38,888 bases of DNA from positions 1-38,888 of the forward strand of contig NKIB01015011.1 in the NCBI GenBank assembly GCA_002256025.1, written 5' to 3'. The position numbers and the translations under genes are program-made. The notes under the pieces are model-generated. The model saw nothing but the letters and a program-made list of their open reading frames with translations. It was not told where the DNA came from and ran no database searches. The stretch comes from Asterionella formosa (Eukaryota). How positions within the stretch are numbered: the first letter of the stretch is position 1; every line of letters starts with the position of its first letter. Positions 1 through 11,665 of this stretch are shown one piece after another.

Positions 1-1231
1 GTTGCTGCATTTGAACCCCTAGGCAAAAATTAAAATATTGCTTAGGGTTGCGAAAAATCCCTGGAATTAAGAATTTAATTAGCTATTTTTGAATGACGTG
101 ATTCCATTTGAAATATTTGAATCAGTGGAAATTTGCGAATACGTACATAGATTCCTTGTCAAAATCGCTAAATATATATATTGACACTCTAAGTCGCTGA
201 ATGTATATATATGCTAAAAATACGATCAACATGTATGCATGGACACTCTATACTCCGATTAACTTTTTTATGTAATATGCATTGAATCCGTTCGACACAT
301 TCAAATCGTTTAATATATACATATATATATATATATTTAGGTTCTACATCGCTTCATGTGCATACACCAGTACTACAATGTATTCTCCTATCGACGAATA
401 TGGGTCATGTATACGACCCGGCGGCTTGGCAAATATTTAAAAGTGCACCCAAGGAGCGGTACGCGTACCGGTATGTCCAATGATGATCATCTACTGGTAC
501 CCGTCGTGAATATAGCACCGGACTGTCAGTACACCCAAGAATATGTTACATGTTAATCCAATGTGGCCAGCGTGGGTTTGCACGACCTCGCAAACCAGGC
601 CAATCAAACAGAGGAATGTACTTCATGCTCACCAATCACCATATTATGTATGTGGAAGCGGGTACTTACAATGGAATTTTTCGGACAGGAGATTTTAGGA
701 CTAAAAATTCCGGCACACGACTGCCATTCCAATGATGACGTTTCGGCACTTAATAATTCTGATTCCGATATTTTGGCGACCGTAGAAAAGGCCGATTTTG
801 TCGAGTTTTTGGACGACGATAGCTAAACGTTGGCTGGGTCTGACGGCGATTTAGATACATAGGTAACTTTCAAATAGCACCAGATATATAACTTCTGGCG
901 AGAAACTGCAGAAAGGAACTTCGGTTTTTTTACTATGCCAAATAAACAGATTTCCCCCGAAATTTCGAGTCTTTTTAGCATAGCTAAAAAACCGAAGTTC
1001 CTTTCTGCAGTTTCTGACCAGATCCTATATACTGACGATATATAGAGTGAACCTACACCCCTACTTTGTCCGAAGACAGTATTTAAGCATATGGAAAGGG
1101 TGTCTATTGGTGAAAGCTCCGTTGAGCGTTATACATTTTTAATTTACACTTGTAAAGTACGTGTTTGATTAGTCTGACTGAATATTATTTTATTAACCCT
1201 ACCTCGAGCTAGGGGTTCAAATGCAGCAACC
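1..1231. mobile_element. Non-autonomous DNA transposon, family A copy 1 (Kolobok-like: TTAA target, GG..CC ends)
   Basis: GTTGCTGCATTTGAACCCCTAG (1-22) is the exact reverse complement of CTAGGGGTTCAAATGCAGCAAC (1209-1230), followed by C and TTAA (1232-1235). The left end is clipped by the window. No transposase ORF. Confidence 0.8.
901..1015. repeat. Perfect 30-bp internal inverted repeat of family A
   Basis: AGAAACTGCAGAAAGGAACTTCGGTTTTTT (901-930) pairs with 986-1015 across a 55-bp spacer. The homologous IR lies at about 3722-3836 in copy 2. Confidence 0.9.
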
Positions 1232-1235
1232 TTAA

Positions 1236-1463
1236 ATGCTAATAATTTAATTACAGAAACCGAGTGTATGTTCACGTCTATGTAACTCATAAAAAAACGG
1301 GATTTTTTCGAGTAAGCCGACCCTCACGTAGAAATTTGGTATGTTGGCTACATAATCCTTCAAATGCGAACAGTAAAGACACTTGTGGTGCCGGCGAATC
1401 TATGCAAGTGTTACTAGACAAAGGGAGTACCAGGTACCCCCTGGTACCAGGGGTACCTGGTAC
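1236..1463 (+). repeat. Family B remnant, interrupted at TTAA by family A copy 1
   Basis: 1236-1435 aligns by eye with 4723-4921 (shared TTTTTTCGAGTAAGCCGA and GGTATGTTGGCTACATAATCCTTCA). It ends in a 37-bp near-perfect palindrome at 1427-1463. Confidence 0.8.
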
Positions 1464-1764
1464 GTGGTACGGTACCTGTGCCATTTCTGTACATTGTGCA
1501 GGCGATGTGCAAGGTACCTCCTGATTCCTTTACTTGGGAATTCTGATGCCTTCTCTATTATAACGTACCCGGTATGTACACCTAGACGCAAGTGTGCGTA
1601 CGAGGTCGGTGGTGTAAATAAAAGTTGTTGCCGATCAGAGCTGGCGTTGTGGCAATCAAGGCTGTCGTTGACAGCTCCGCCGGCATGCTGATCACAATCT
1701 AAAGAACCTCCTCCATGCTCCGTCCTTTTTCCTTTTAATACTATTCTGTGAGTGGCAATCAATC

Positions 1765-2190
1765 ATGTCAAAAGTCCCTAGAATGAGATCAGCTTTGCGG
1801 CATCTGATCAACTTTGGTGAAGACGCGCTGAAGCCTAAAAAGATTGACGAGAAGGTGTGGCGCAAGCCTCTGATTTCCAATCGCGTTGCTGGTGTTTTAC
1901 GTAAGCAAGCAGTTAAAGAGGGCTCCTATGGATCCTTCGATAATCAAACTGGAATTGGATGGGATCGCAAGTGGGACGCTGTTGGCCAAGTTGGAACTAG
2001 TGCCTATAAGCCACCCAAGGGAACAAAGGCCGAGAGATCTCGAGAGGGTCGAGCCCTGAAGATCGAAGCAAAGATGGAAGGAATGGACGATAGGATTGAT
2101 GAGCATCTCCGAAAGAGAACTGCAAACCGGCCTCCTATTGGATTTGAGGTCAGATACAAGCGATTGATTCGTCGTGCTCGAAAGAAGTAG
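1765..2190 (+). CDS. MRPL25: Mitochondrial large-subunit ribosomal protein mL59 (MRPL25-like), 141 aa
   Basis: Basic ORF with W-R-K-P-L-I-S-x-R and K-G-T-K-x-E-R...R..KI...M..M..RI motifs typical of mL59. Coding-like GC content. Confidence 0.7.
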   Translation: MSKVPRMRSALRHLINFGEDALKPKKIDEKVWRKPLISNRVAGVLRKQAVKEGSYGSFDNQTGIGWDRKWDAVGQVGTSAYKPPKGTKAERSREGRALKIEAKMEGMDDRIDEHLRKRTANRPPIGFEVRYKRLIRRARKK

Positions 2191-2759
2191 GTCTCAGTAA
2201 GGTGAATGTCGTTGTTGTGGCAGCAAGTCAGAAATACTTACATTTTAATCATCTACTTAATCAAATATTGACGAATCTGGGAGTCATGATGCTGGGTTAT
2301 TACGTGTCATTGCCGCGGTCGACTATACTGTCAGAATGGCGATCTAGCAGTAGTGTAATTCATGAAGTTCACACGAATATACTCCTGTGTCTGATATCTT
2401 GCATAGGCTTGCTACTACTCCTAGACGAGCTCTATGCACTCTTCTAGCTAGATTGTGGCCACTGTTACTCGCTATGTAGCGAGAACATCTACGAGAGCTC
2501 GCTCCTGTGTGCGCAATGGTTGTGGGAGCTATTCTAAGAAATAATGATCTCCTTCATACTCTTCATTGTCTTTTTCAGTTTCAATCAGGATACTGGGACA
2601 GGCTCCTTCGTACAATTCATTGTCTTTTTCAGCTTCAATCAGTATACTGGGACAGGTAGTTGATGTCATTCATTTGTTCAATTCATAGTTGACATGGACC
2701 TTGTAATGGCCCTGGGCGAAACAAATACGTCAATTTGGAGCGACTCCAGTGCTGAGCAG

Positions 2760-2857
2760 CATTTTTGCTTTAGGACGAAATTCGTCGAAAACATACAATT
2801 TTCTACGTGGTTGAGGGCGGGTCAGCTTCCTCGAAAAAAATCGTCGTTTAATAGATG
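2760..2857 (-). repeat. Diverged family B remnant, left part (continues at 5304-5530 beyond the family A insertion)
   Basis: ACATACAATTTTCTACGTG...GGGTCAGCTTCCTCGAAAAAAATC matches the reverse complement of about 1300-1345. Confidence 0.6.
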
Positions 2858-2861
2858 TTAA

Positions 2862-5299
2862 GGTTCCTGGATTTCAACCCTAGGTTAGAGGTAGGGTTAA
2901 AAATTTAATATTGATGCATCAAACACGCACTTTTCACGTGTAAAATAAAAATGTATATCGCTACCACTCGGAGTTTTTACCATTGGACACCCTTTCCATA
3001 TGCTCAGATACAGTCATTGATCGAAGTAGGGCAATGGCTGGATGCAATTTTTGGGGCACCGGGTAGACCCGCCCAGTAGGCCTAGTATTAGCATAAATCC
3101 TAAACCTGTGGTATATAATATTTGCGCCTGGATTGGCATGTTATTATCACATCCACCATGTTGTTCTTATTCTGTTGTTTTACTCAACAATAGAACATTC
3201 TCCCGTGCCGCTTCAAATAGATTTCTTTCCTCCATGAGTAGCGCTACTATTAAACACCGGAAGCGGCACAGGATGACACAATTTGCTTTATATATGAACT
3301 ATTTTTTGTTGGGCAAGGAGATCCACGCCTACATGACCATTGGTTTCACACTCTTGAGCTTGATACTGGGCAAGCTGGAGTTGAAACTGTATAGGAATGT
3401 CTCAAATAAGATCATATAGTAGTTGCAATGAAGATACAACAACGATTTCACACCCATCGCTGCACAATGGACTTCGATTTCATGTTCGCCATGAATGAAT
3501 GCAACGACAACAACAAGGAGATTGCGGATTCATGTGTATATAAACTTTATGCATATGTGTGTCATTTATATAGAACATTTTACTTAAGCTAAAATCATGT
3601 TGTGCTGGTAGCTAGAATTATTTTGTACTGGTAGCTATGATGGTTACCCAATGTAGTTTCATGATGGATCCAGCCATATGATATGCCAACTCAATATAAT
3701 GTCAGTATATAGGATCTGGCCAGAAACTGCAGAAAGAAACTTCGGTTTCTTAACTATGCTGAAAATAGTGGATTTTACCGGGCCAACTCATTTGTTTGGC
3801 CTATTAAAAAAACCGAAATTCCTTTCTGCAGTTTCTCGCCGAAAGTTAACTTCTGGGGATATATGAAGATTACCAACATACTCAATCCTTCTTCAATTTG
3901 TGCCAAAGATGAGCTATCGTTGTCCAAAATTCAACAAAATCGGCCTTTTTAACAGTCTCCAAAATGTCGGAATCAGAATCACTTATCGCCGAAACATCAT
4001 CATCGGAATGTTGGTCTTGTGCTAAACATTTTAGTCGTAAAATCTCCAGTACAAAAAGTTCCATTACGACGAGGGTTCGCTGCATTATTCATATTCTGAT
4101 TGGTTATACTTACATCGGTTCGATTGGACCGGTTTGCAAGGTTTTGAAATACCACGCCGGCCACACTGGATGCACATGCAACATTTTCTTGGGTGTTGGC
4201 GGATGCGTATATCCACTACTACCTGGTACCACCTTGGAGAGAGTTGGAGTAATGAGTACCGGGTGGTCGGAGTGCCTGGTACTCCTCCCTCTGGTTGAAA
4301 ATAATTGCGGCAATTGTTAAGATTTCTCCGGCTCAATTTTGGTTCCTACGATTTTTTCTGGCTCAATTGCCCTAATGTGCGCAATCGCATAAGCTACAGA
4401 TCCATTTATAATATATATAGCAAATTTAAAACTGGCAAATACATATCAAAAAAAAGTTTTTGGGCTTTTTCGATTTTCACTTGTGGCTATCTCGAGCAAA
4501 ATGCGGATGCATGAGGACCCGTGGTCAATGTAAGTGCAATAACTGTAGAAAGCATACGAAAAGACAGCTACTGTGTTCATGGTATAATTATGATAGTGGC
4601 TCGTTCTATTTGGTTTCCTGCAAATATTTGAGTGGCCGGCCAATATAAAACGGCATTTGGCGATATGCATATGTAAATAATTAATAGATGTATGTTAAAT
4701 TGGTTTCGAATAGTTTATTTAGATGCTATTAATTTAATTACAGAAACAGAGGGTATGTTCACGTCTATGTACCTAATAACAAACGCATTTTTTCGAGTAA
4801 GCCGATCCTCACGACGAAAGATGGTATGTTGGCTACATAATCCTTCATATGCGAACAGTAAAGACACCAGTGGTGCCGGCGATTCGACGCAATTATTTTC
4901 AACCAGAGGGGGAGTACCAGGTACCGGTAGCTGATTTTTGGTTATACCGATAGCAATGTAGTAGTATGCGTACCGGTACATTACTAGAATGCATTTTCAA
5001 ATATTTTTCCGAGCCGCCGGGTTGTAAGTATGACACATATTTGTTGATCGGAGTATACTACTGGTCGAGTAGATATATATATATATATATATACATTTAG
5101 CGATGACAAATCTCTCTATATATATTTAGGGCATTTGAGTAGTAATCTATGAAAGTACACGAAAATTTCCACTGATTTGAATATTTCAAACGGAATCATC
5201 GATATTCAAAATTAGCGCATAAAAGTTCTTAGTTACAGGGAATTTCGGCAACCCTAAGCAATATTTTAATTTTTCCCGTAGGTTTAAAATGCAGCAGCC
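2862..5299. mobile_element. Non-autonomous DNA transposon, family A copy 2 (Kolobok-like), inverted relative to copy 1
   Basis: TTAA at 2858-2861 and 5300-5303. Imperfect TIRs GGTTCCTGGATTTCAACCCTAG / GTAGGTTTAAAATGCAGCAGCC. Both ends and about 3690-4160 are reverse-complement homologs of copy 1. It carries extra segments at about 3060-3680 and 4275-4921. Confidence 0.8.
4275..4921. mobile_element. Family B MITE-like element nested inside family A copy 2
   Basis: 33/34-bp inverted repeat: CCTGGTACTCCTCCCTCTGGTTGAAAATAATTGC (4275-4308) with 4889-4921. Absent from family A copy 1. Related fragments at 1236-1435, 2760-2857 and 5304-5530. Confidence 0.6.
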
Positions 5300-5303
5300 T
5301 TAA

Positions 5304-5530
5304 GACTTGATTATTAGTAGCTCGCAATCACTAATTGAAATAAATTGATCGAACCCAAATTTACCATTTACCACCGGTACACATACATATTGATAGCGTA
5401 CATGGCTGTAGATTTCGTCAAATGCTGTTTTACATCGGCCAGCCACTCAAAAAATTTCAGGAAACCAAATACTTACAACATGTAACTATCATAATTACAA
5501 GAACATGAATGCAATAACTGTCATTCAGAA
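5304..5530 (-). repeat. Diverged family B remnant, right part
   Basis: CAAATGCTGTTTTACATCGGCCAGCCACTCAAAAAATTTCAGGAAACCAAATA matches the reverse complement of about 4606-4660. Confidence 0.65.
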
Positions 5531-6618
5531 TATATTCTATGGATGTTATATTTACATCGACCATATCTCTGGATATTCAATGGTTCCAAGTCTCAAAACA
5601 AGCATACCCTCGATTTCTTCCTTCCCATGCATCATCTGTCTCTTTTGCGGTTGCGCATTCCATGTCTCTACTTTGGATATTTCTTCAAAAAATTGAGCAC
5701 ACTTGTCTTTTTCATGTAGTCCCTAGGGTTCATGGGGGTGCGCCGGCTGAAGAAAAGACAGGTCTCGTTGTGCCGTACGGATGAACAAAACCGGTGTTAA
5801 TTGTTTCCATTGAGAATGTGGGCACAAGTGCGATTATTGGATAGCTTTAAAGTACTATAAAATTTAATTACAATTTTTTTGCTATCATTGTCACAACCAG
5901 GGACCGGTATCTTATTCTGGATGACTGTCGAGTACAGTGCAAAAACAAATGGCAAACTTGTGTACACCTGTTAACCTTAAACCACTGGTACACTGGTAGG
6001 CGTGATGCTGCCAGCGCGAACCATATTTTAAACCAATAGAAATGCACATTGATGCATTATGACTGGGGGCTTAAATGGGCTTGGATTTTGTTAAATAGTA
6101 TGTACATGCAGTTGAATTGAGATGCCCTACATAACACTAACTAAAATCCAGTGCATACATTCAGATAGTAAGTATATGTATGCGTTGAGCATGTTTGTTT
6201 AGTCAGCTGGCAATAATAGATCCATATAGTTACATATATGTACCTGTGATATATGTACTAAATTTGAATGCATACGAGCATACCGGCATTATCTACAGGG
6301 CATTTGTACAACAAAAATAATACATAAATACTCAGGTCATAAGAAGGATGTATGTTTGTAATTCGTAAAATTGACTGATGGTGTGTTTGAGAAGTAGACG
6401 AAATCAAACAAACACAGTTTTTCAATGATAGCACTCAAATTTATAATTGCTCTTGTTCGCTCAAATTTCGGAGCATGCACAAAGTTGAGGCACCATTAAA
6501 ACCGTAGCAACCTGTTTGGTCAAAGAGAAATGTAACAATAACATTAGTAGCTCCATTCAATAAAAAGTAATATAGAAACAATTTTAGTCATACCTTCTTC
6601 TGTGCTAGCTATTGCCGC

Positions 6619-6768
6619 TATGTATGTATGTATGTATTCAAACATGTATATATATGTATGTATGTATGTAAGAATGTATGGAGGATGTATTGAGTATGTA
6701 TGGAGTTTGTTTGGAGTATGTATGTATGTATGTATGTATGTATGTATGTATGTATATATGTATATATA
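6619..6768. repeat. (TATG)n microsatellite, imperfect
   Basis: Runs of TATG at 6619-6637, 6653-6670 and 6717-6755. Confidence 0.95.
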
Positions 6769-6809
6769 AATTGTTTTTTTGCTTGTTCGTGTACATACTT
6801 CCTGTTTGT

Positions 6810-6887
6810 AAGGGAATGACTTAGTGCTTTAGCACAGCCATGTTCCCTTTGATATGGGGTTGTGAGGTTCGATTCCCGCAATTTTTT
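6810..6887 (+). pseudogene. Decayed tRNA-like or Pol III (SINE head-like) relic
   Basis: A-box-like TGACTTAGTGC (6817), perfect B-box GGTTCGATTCC (6866-6876) and a T6 run at 6882-6887. The cloverleaf stems pair poorly. Confidence 0.3.
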
Positions 6888-7489
6888 GAGAAGCAATTGC
6901 TGTGTTAAACTCCCACACTTTGCTAGATATCTAGTCAGAAAAAGTAATCACGCATTCCCTGGACTAACTCATTGTGCTTTTTCGGGAAAATTTGTGCAAA
7001 AATTGTAATGGATTGAGAAGGGCGTACCCCTGTATGATATTATACATGCATTGGCCTTACACCATCAATCTATGAAGGTCTAGCTAGTGAAGGACATATT
7101 GTACCAGAAAAGAAAGAATACAATTCTTGCAGAAAATTGTCTGAAAATGGTGCACAAGCTGTCAGTCAGGGGAATTCATGACTATTCAGGCGTTGCGAAT
7201 TTTCTAGTCGCCTAAAGAACAAACAGTGTATTCTTGCATGTCTATAAAACTTTGAAATGAACTAATCAAGATTGCATTGGAGCATGAACCACGGCATGAA
7301 GTACATAGATGAAGATTAGTACAAATAGTATGTTAGCTGTTGCAAACCATCCTTGTGCACATGGATAAAATTTGCACTTAGATTCACGTAGATAGCTAGT
7401 GAAGAAGGTATTTTTGGCTTTCAAACTTGTATGCCGTATCCTGAATGCCATTCAACAATGATAATCCATTGCCAGCATTTGGCATATCA

Positions 7490-7990
7490 TCAAAAGTTTC
7501 CGATCTTTCGATCATCTGACACATAGTGTAATTGCTCTGTCCCCAAACCAGCCAGTGAGGATAGAGTCTTCAAATTTTCAGAGACATTGGTGCTACATTT
7601 GACAAACTCATTAACCTGCTTTTCCCAGATTCTTTCTTGTGTCTTTGTCAGTTTTACGGGTGGATCATTTGGTTTTGCCATGACTGGTACTAACTCCAGA
7701 TTCTCAACAACAAGCCAAATATCCCCACCATATTAGTTTTTATTTCCAACTTTTTCTCCAATATCTTTTTTGTCTTCATAAACATGTCTGACTGTCTTGC
7801 ATCAGAACAGTCATAGATGTGACCCTCGAGATCTTCACATTTGCTCTCAAACTTGGGCTCCTGTCTTGGTATCAGCATGTACTTGTGGTACTACCCATAT
7901 TTCTGCGGCTACTTGCCCGTTTCCACCGATTCCTTCTTCTCCTTTTGGTGGAGTGCTGGAAACAACAGAATCAGGAGAATGTTCACATAT
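7490..7990 (-). pseudogene. Ty1/copia (CoDi-like) gag N-terminal relic, frameshifted
   Basis: Across frames: PKFESKCEDLEGHIYDCSDARQSDMFMKT / YGGDIWLVVENLEL..MAKPNDPP..ERIWEKQVNEFVK..ENLKTL / VWGQ, which resembles the diatom copia gag start. Contains stops and frameshifts. Confidence 0.7.
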
Positions 7991-9613
7991 AGTGGTTTTT
8001 TCAGTTGTAAACCAGATAATTAAGTAAAATGAGCATTCGATGTGACAATCAGGCCACATACAATGAATTCTACACACGAGTGTACCACAGGACGGAATCA
8101 AGAATCCGTTCATATGCCATACTAGATGTCGAAATACGGCAACACATTATAAAATACACAATGCATGCATGAAATCGTGCATGGATTTGTACGGGTCACC
8201 CGGTATACATAGTACACTCAATGCACCATGTGACTAGCATTTTGAGTTAGTTAGCAGTACCAATGTCATGCTATTTCGAGGTGGTGTTGGATATGATCTC
8301 ACATCATGACAATAAATAGCAATTCGGATCCAAAAATTTTGGCCTGCTAAGATTTAACTGGGACCAAAAAGTACAAAATTTACTGTTTGATTTGCTAGGT
8401 AATTAGGTCATTTTGAGGAACAACTTGTTTGAACAAGGACCAGCATTGTTATGTTTTGAGTTGTTGGAGAAAATCTATGATCACAATGAATAATAATAAT
8501 TTATATGGTCTGGAAGCAAACAAGCAAAAACTAATTTGGGTAAGCTGACAGATCATTTTAACAATCAACTCTACTTGAGTCGAGCTTTGTCTGTCAAAGT
8601 ATCGCCATGACAAATAATAATTCACAGGGAAAGAGAAATTCAATTTGGATCCAGTGAGCATTCAATCGTAAACAAACAGTTCGGTCAGGTTTGTGTCGAC
8701 TCGTTCGAAAAGTGCGTACATACTGTTTGTTGTACATGATATTTTATCATCAAATGATGAAGACTAGTGATGATTCATATGGAAAGAAAAAATCGACTGG
8801 GGTCTACTGAGAGTTAGACCAAATGAAATGATGAGGTCTTCGTCGACTAGTTTTTACACAGCTTTGTTGTGTTGGATAATCAAGGGGGTCATATCATGAA
8901 AGCTAATGATTCATTTTAAAATTTAGACTCGGTTTGGGTCTGCTGAGAGTTCAACTCAATATAAAAATTCATTTTATTTTTGGTCGAATAATTTAACATG
9001 CGAATATGTTGTTTTGAGCACAATGAAAGACTTGCCTACAAATAGGGGAGTACAAATAGGCTATAAAACATACTATCCTTTTTGATTTGTAGGATAATTT
9101 AATCATCATGATGTCAATATTGCTCCCAAGCAATCCTTTTCTTGTGCTAACTCGCTTTGCTACATTTCTACTACGAGTTCGTATCAGAAGCTATGTACTA
9201 TATTCAGCTAGAGGGAGTCGATAGTGCTGGAGCAGCCTGGCGATTATACTGGATTGGAATGGAATGATGATTGGGGTTGTTTGGTGGGAGGAACGACTGT
9301 GGGCGGAAAATTACTTAGACACCCACAGTTCTCATCGAAAAGCAAGACGATTGCTAGGGTGGGGATTGCCTTCAGGAGACTCCACCGTACATATTTCGGT
9401 ACATGGTACCAAGTACCATCATTGTACAGCCATTTATCAAATACAGGTATTGTACACGATATCGAGTAGGCAGAGAGATACCGACCTCGATGAACAGACG
9501 ACGACCACCTTCCATGCACACCCAAGATGCAAGGCAGACGATGATCATGGAGGACGGCATAATGATTAGCAATACTGAACTAGTAGTTCACAAATTCTAG
9601 GTCATCGCTCATC

Positions 9614-10643
9614 ATGGTCCATTCAGTTCGAGCTACTCTGCTTTCATTGCTCATTTGCATTTCCCACGTCAAGGTTGTATCATCATTTTCAACTGCAAAT
9701 CAAGACAATTCTCGCCAACGCTTGGTTAACATAGAGGATCCAGTATTTAAACGTACTTGCAGCAGTAAAATTGGGGAATATCCAACACACATTGTTTTCC
9801 CTGGCGGGGGAATTTTCTTTTATTGGCAAGCTGGAGTGGTCACGTATTTGCGAGAGGCTGGTTACGATCTTTCAAAATTCAGCATGTCTGGGGCCTCCGC
9901 AGGGGCCCTCACTGCAACTTTGGCAGCAGCTGATGTGGACTTCTACGATGCGACTAAGCTGGCATTGAAGCTTGCAGGAGACGGGGGAGTTTGGGACAGG
10001 CGAGGGGGCTTGCAGGGCATTTGGGGGCCAATGATTCAGACTTGGCTGGCGGAGTTGTTGCCCCCGGATGTACTGGAAAAAGTGGAGGGAAGAGTGAGTC
10101 AAAACAGTATGAACTTGAAGGGCAACAAACTGGTAGATGCTTCCGATCAGAATCTTACCCCCTCCCACATGTAGCTCCAAATTCTTATCACACCGATTCC
10201 GTCTTTCGGGAAGTCTCGGATAGATTCGTTCAAGGATAGGTCAGATTTGATCGAATGTAATATGGCGAGCGTGCATCTGGTAAGAATTCGTATGAAAGAG
10301 ACTGAAATGTGGACTGGTTATTTTATCACCAATTTGCCTAATTTCAAGTACTGGACGCCTGGACTTACAGCCATTTTTCATGGACGGAAGGTTGACTCAT
10401 GACTTCCGAGGATCTCCGTTCATCGATGGAAGTTTTTTATCCAAAACCAACGACTACTTGCCTCCGAGAACGCCAAAAAATATAGTGCGCATTGATTGGC
10501 AAATAGATCCAGAAATGAATGGACGGGCGCTAGAATTTGTCACGGCAGTCTCTGAGAAGTCTATCTGGAATATAGTTGAACAGGGAAAAGCCTACGCCAG
10601 AAAACTCGATAAAGAAGGAGGGTTCGAAAAGATTCGTTCTTGA
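9614..10643 (+). CDS. Patatin-like phospholipase, about 285 aa, 3 exons (9614-10093, 10175-10279, 10371-10643), probable plastid bipartite targeting
   Basis: FPGGG..FYWQAG glycine loop, GASAG nucleophile elbow, ASVHLPFF and IDGS motifs. Phase-0 GT-AG introns at 10094-10174 and 10280-10370 restore the frame. Hydrophobic N-terminus ending VVSS/F. Confidence 0.88.
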
Positions 10644-11278
10644 AAGGTGCACTGCGTAGCCGCACACGTGTAATATGTCATTAGAATCCCCCTGCAAGGT
10701 GATCCATAACTTTTGATCTTCTGATCAACTGCACATGGAATCGCCTTGCCTATAGATAGATTTTCCCATCTGCCGTGGAATTTTGCCTATTTTCTTTCTA
10801 ATGATTCCAAGGTATTTTGCTTGGGAGAATAGTCTTGAGATATCTGAAAAGAAATGGTAATTAGCATCGGGGAGCTATTGGCCCCACTAGAGCAAAAAAG
10901 TTGGAACGTTTCCGTGACGTCAATACTCCCTGAATAACTTTCGCTGCCTTTCCTACAAAATTGCATGGCCGCAAAGGGAGCCAAGGGGTCGACAACACCA
11001 TCCCCGCATATTGACACTGTAGCAGTACTGTTAAATGGTTATTTACGTGCATGAAGCATTACAATGGACTGGTGTTTGAAGAATTAGGATGTTACGCGTT
11101 TGCACTTTTGCGGCTTACCCTGCCGAATGCCATAACAAGAATATATCTCAAGGAGGTCAAATTCCTTGTAGGGACAGCTGCTCCCTTTGATCGTGCAACG
11201 TGGTGTAAGAGTATTACAAAGGAGTAGTCTATCTGACAAAAGTCTAGTGCCCGAACGATTTGAGTTTAAAAGTGCAAT

Positions 11279-11614
11279 TCAAACCGTCAACATGTTTCTG
11301 TCTGTTTCAATTTGAACACAATCAAAATGATAAATAGTTGGATGAAGGTATGCAGGTGGGGAGCACATGGTGAGTGCCGCTCTGACATAGTCAATATCTC
11401 GATTGGGGCAAAGGAGAATTGCGAATGAACCACGAGTTTCCAGCACCGACACTTGGCAACCGTGGGGTTCACATTCACCAAAAAGGCTTTTTAAAGAAAA
11501 CAATAATATGGTTTGAAGTTCACGAGGATCACTGATAATGGGGTTCGATTGGATCAATAAATACGATGATTCCATATCGATGATTGTCCTTCTGAAGTTT
11601 ATTCGTTTTGTCAT
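11279..11614 (-). CDS. Rpp14/Pop5/Pop8-like RNase P/MRP subunit (putative), up to 111 aa
   Basis: Pattern L..SLKSLFGE...VSVLE..GSFAILLCP.....VRAALT resembles the Rpp14/Pop5 family. The true start may be the second Met. Confidence 0.55.
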   Translation of the reverse strand: MTKRINFRRTIIDMESSYLLIQSNPIISDPRELQTILLFSLKSLFGECEPHGCQVSVLETRGSFAILLCPNRDIDYVRAALTMCSPPAYLHPTIYHFDCVQIETDRNMLTV

Positions 11615-11665
11615 TTTCCTATGTTGTAGACGGAACAGTCAAGCCAGTATCGTTTTCCTCCGATA

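Noticed and set aside
563..826. Similar short ORFs at 563-826 and 3882-4085 as a conserved gene
   Set aside because: Explained by DNA homology between the two family A copies; no recognisable domain.
1..1235. piggyBac assignment of TTAA-flanked elements
   Set aside because: Ends are GG..CC, not the CC..GG typical of piggyBac.
8003..8020. CTGGTTTACAA (minus strand) as a half-tRNA-Thr primer binding site for the gag relic
   Set aside because: No adjacent LTR CA end and no second LTR to anchor it; too short to support.
9224..9600. Overlapping short ORFs upstream of the patatin gene
   Set aside because: No recognisable motif in any frame; likely promoter or UTR sequence.
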